From the NCBI RefSeq assembly GCF_963921235.1, contig NC_086097.1, forward strand, positions 198,030,001 through 198,094,000: a stretch of DNA of 64,000 bases. The letters are read 5' to 3'. The DNA is from Mobula hypostoma. Taxonomy: Eukaryota. Shown here one piece after another: positions 61,501 to 64,000 of this stretch; the first letter of the stretch is position 1; every line of letters starts with the position of its first letter. The translations under genes were made by a program, and so were the position numbers. Under the pieces are notes generated by a model. That model was not told the DNA's origin. It was given only the letters and a program-made list of their open reading frames with translations, and ran no database searches.

Positions 61501-64000
61501 CTGAAATGAAGAAATTATCTAAGCATTGTGAGTTCACTGATGGGCCTAATGCACTGAGAGATTGTTTAATTTGTGGAATCTTATAAAAACACAAAAAAAA
61601 TGGCTCCTTACTGAAGCACAAATCACATATAAAAGAACAGTTGAAATTGCTGTATCAATGGAAACTTGAGCCAGAGACGCAATTGAGTTGCAGTCAGAAA
61701 TGAAAGTGAGTGTGAACAAAACTGCAACATACAAGCAGAAAACAGCCTGACCAAATAAATTGTGTTACTATTGTGGCAGGGGCTCACATACACCAGCCCA
61801 ATGAAGATTTAAAGTTGACACTTGCAGGAATAGTAATAATGTAGGGCACATATTGTACAAAAAACATGTTGGACAGACACAAATAAATGGACTGCACAGG
61901 GAAGAGCTAAAGATAAAAAGTTAAGTTGCAGTTTCAAAAAGAGCACTAATCTGCATGCTGTTGGTGAAAATTTTGATAATGATGAGACTGACACAGAAGT
62001 GGATAGGTTTGGGGTTTACAATGTGAAAATGAACAACAAATACGCAAAATGGCTTACACTAGAAGTGAAATGGAATTGGACATTGGCTTGGTTGTTTCCG
62101 TCGTTCCACAACATGAATTTGAATGGTAGTTCAAAGATACTGAACAGAAGCCTGCAGATATCCAACTAAGAACTTATATAGGAGGAAAAAAATTCCTGTG
62201 GGAATAATATTTGTAACAGTGAAATACAAAAACCAACAAGTTAATTTGAGTTTCTATGTTGTAAAAAAGGAGGACCAGCATTGTGGAGTTACGATTGGCC
62301 GAGACAACTTCAACTTTATTAGAGATCCATCCACAATTTGCACGCCACATCCTCTGCAATAGAGTCAACTTAAGTGATAAGAAAGGTACTGAATGATGCC
62401 ACAGCAGTGGTTAAGGATGACATTGGAAAACTCAAACATATAACGGGTAAAATAGTGTTAAATGAAAATGCCTCACTAAAGTTTTTCAAAGCCTGCCTAG
62501 TTCCATATACCATCTGTGATCAAGTAGCCAGTAAGCTAGATTGCATGGGGGCAGAAGGAATTTTTCCAAGGTTGAGTGGAATCCAAGGGCAACATCAGTG
62601 TCCCCAGCAGTTAAGAAGAATGGATCTGTTAGGATCTGTGGTGATTTTAAGGTTACCATCAACCCAGTACTGAAAGTAGATCAATACCCTCTGCCCAAAA
62701 TAGAGGATAGTTTGCAAGTCTTTCTGGAGGGAAACACTTCAACAAAGTGAACTTACCTGAGGCCTAACTACAGATGGAGATGGTAGAAAAGTCCCGAGTG
62801 CTTATCACCATAAACATTCACAAAAGGCTTTATTGAAATAACAGGCTTATTTTTCTAGCAGCATCTGCACCTGCACTCTAGCAGAAAACTATGTATCTTG
62901 TGCTGCAAGAACCTGCTACCAGGTTCTCCAAAATCCCAAGACAGTGCTAAAAAGATTATGGGCTCAGTGCATTATGCAACAAGTGTGAATTCTTCAAATC
63001 AAGCATCGCTTACTGCGATCACACCATTGGCGAACAAGCTTTACACACGTGTGCTGAGAAAATTCAAGCAGGAGTGGATGCTCCAAAGCTAAAGGACATG
63101 TCACAGTTGTGGTTCCATTTAGGATTTGTCAATTATTATAACAGGGTCTTGCCAAACCTGGCTAACGTGCTCCACCTGTTGAACCCATTACTACAGATCA
63201 GGAAGAAATGGCAATGCACAAAGCAGTGTGAGTCAGCTTTCAAAACAGCAAAGGAAATAGTGATGTCAGACACTGTACTTACACATTATGATCCACATCA
63301 TCCAGTGAAGCTTGCCTGTGATGCCTCGCCTTATGATACACGTGCAGTCATGTCACATATGATGGGTGATGGAAGTGAATGCCCCATAGCATTTGCATCA
63401 TATTCCTTTACCACAGCAGAGAAAAAATGCACACAGATCGACAGGGAGGCCTTGAGTCTGGTTTGGGGTGTAAAAGATTTCAACAGTCTTGTATGGGAGA
63501 CACTTTACTCGCATTACCGATCCTCAAGCACTGGTGTCCATTTTTAATTCACAGAAGGGTATTTCACTAACAGCAGCGGCACAGATGCAGAGATGGGCTC
63601 CATTTCTTGGAGGGTAGAATTGCAAGATTGAATTCAATAGGACAGCTAATCATGCAAATGCTAATGGATGGTCCTATTTGCTCTTGGAAAAGGAAATACC
63701 TGAAAAATTTACAAAAGAGGGCACTCTTCTTGATGCATTCTCTGTGCATCATTGTGGGACGAAGGGCCTGTAATGTGCTGTAAACTTCTATGTATGTGCA
63801 GCAGAAACCATAGTTCCCTCATTCTTTGCCAGCACTGGGAATCATTGCCCTTGACGGAGGTTGCCTTATGTGGGGATTGAGAGTTGCTGTACCATCCAAG
63901 CTGAGAGCTGAAGTGTTGGGGGAGCTTGGTGTGGTCAAAATGAAAGCATTGGCTTGAAGCTTTGTGTGGTGGCCTGGGATAGATCAGCAGATCGAGCAGC

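Larger units (their letters stand above)
59500..64000 (+). mobile_element. Gypsy LTR retrotransposon (Mag/K02A2.6-like), decayed, running off the window
   Basis: Putative 5' LTR TG...CA (59500-59650) and primer-binding site (PBS) TGGTGATGAGGA. Gag NWILYTERIEQ...LLSVLGGKAY; twin Cys/His knuckles at ~61763-61870; protease MELDIG (~62069); [20 protein letters not shown]; RNase H LACDASPY; integrase start KMKALA*SFVWWPGIDQQIE. Confidence 0.92.

Overview
Vertebrate genomic DNA. The repeat content (CR1 LINEs with 7-8 bp tandem tails, Rex/Babar LINEs, V-SINEs, Neptune-type Penelope-like elements) suggests a cartilaginous fish, probably a ray; this is an inference. The only host coding sequence I can support is the last coding exon of the two-pore potassium channel gene KCNK9/TASK-3 (34326-35167, +) with its 3'UTR. 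Bases 1-34325 are probably intron 1 (exon 1 is not in the window), and the sequence after ~36.6 kb is probably 3' intergenic. Most of the rest is decayed, often multiply nested transposons: CR1, Rex/Babar and L2 LINEs, Penelope-like elements (PLEs), two Gypsy LTR elements (a chromovirus and a Mag-type), tRNA SINEs and two MITEs. Nearly all ORFs in the track are transposon fragments or their antisense shadows. The most interesting signals are: (i) minimal hammerhead ribozymes in PLE termini; (ii) very short (78-158 bp) PLE-terminus insertions with 12-13 bp target-site duplications (TSDs); (iii) an ~815 bp non-coding element carrying a Rex-type LINE tail; (iv) a CORE-SINE whose body resembles marine-invertebrate SINEs. 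I see no convincing wholly new protein-coding system. Coordinates of old repeats are approximate.
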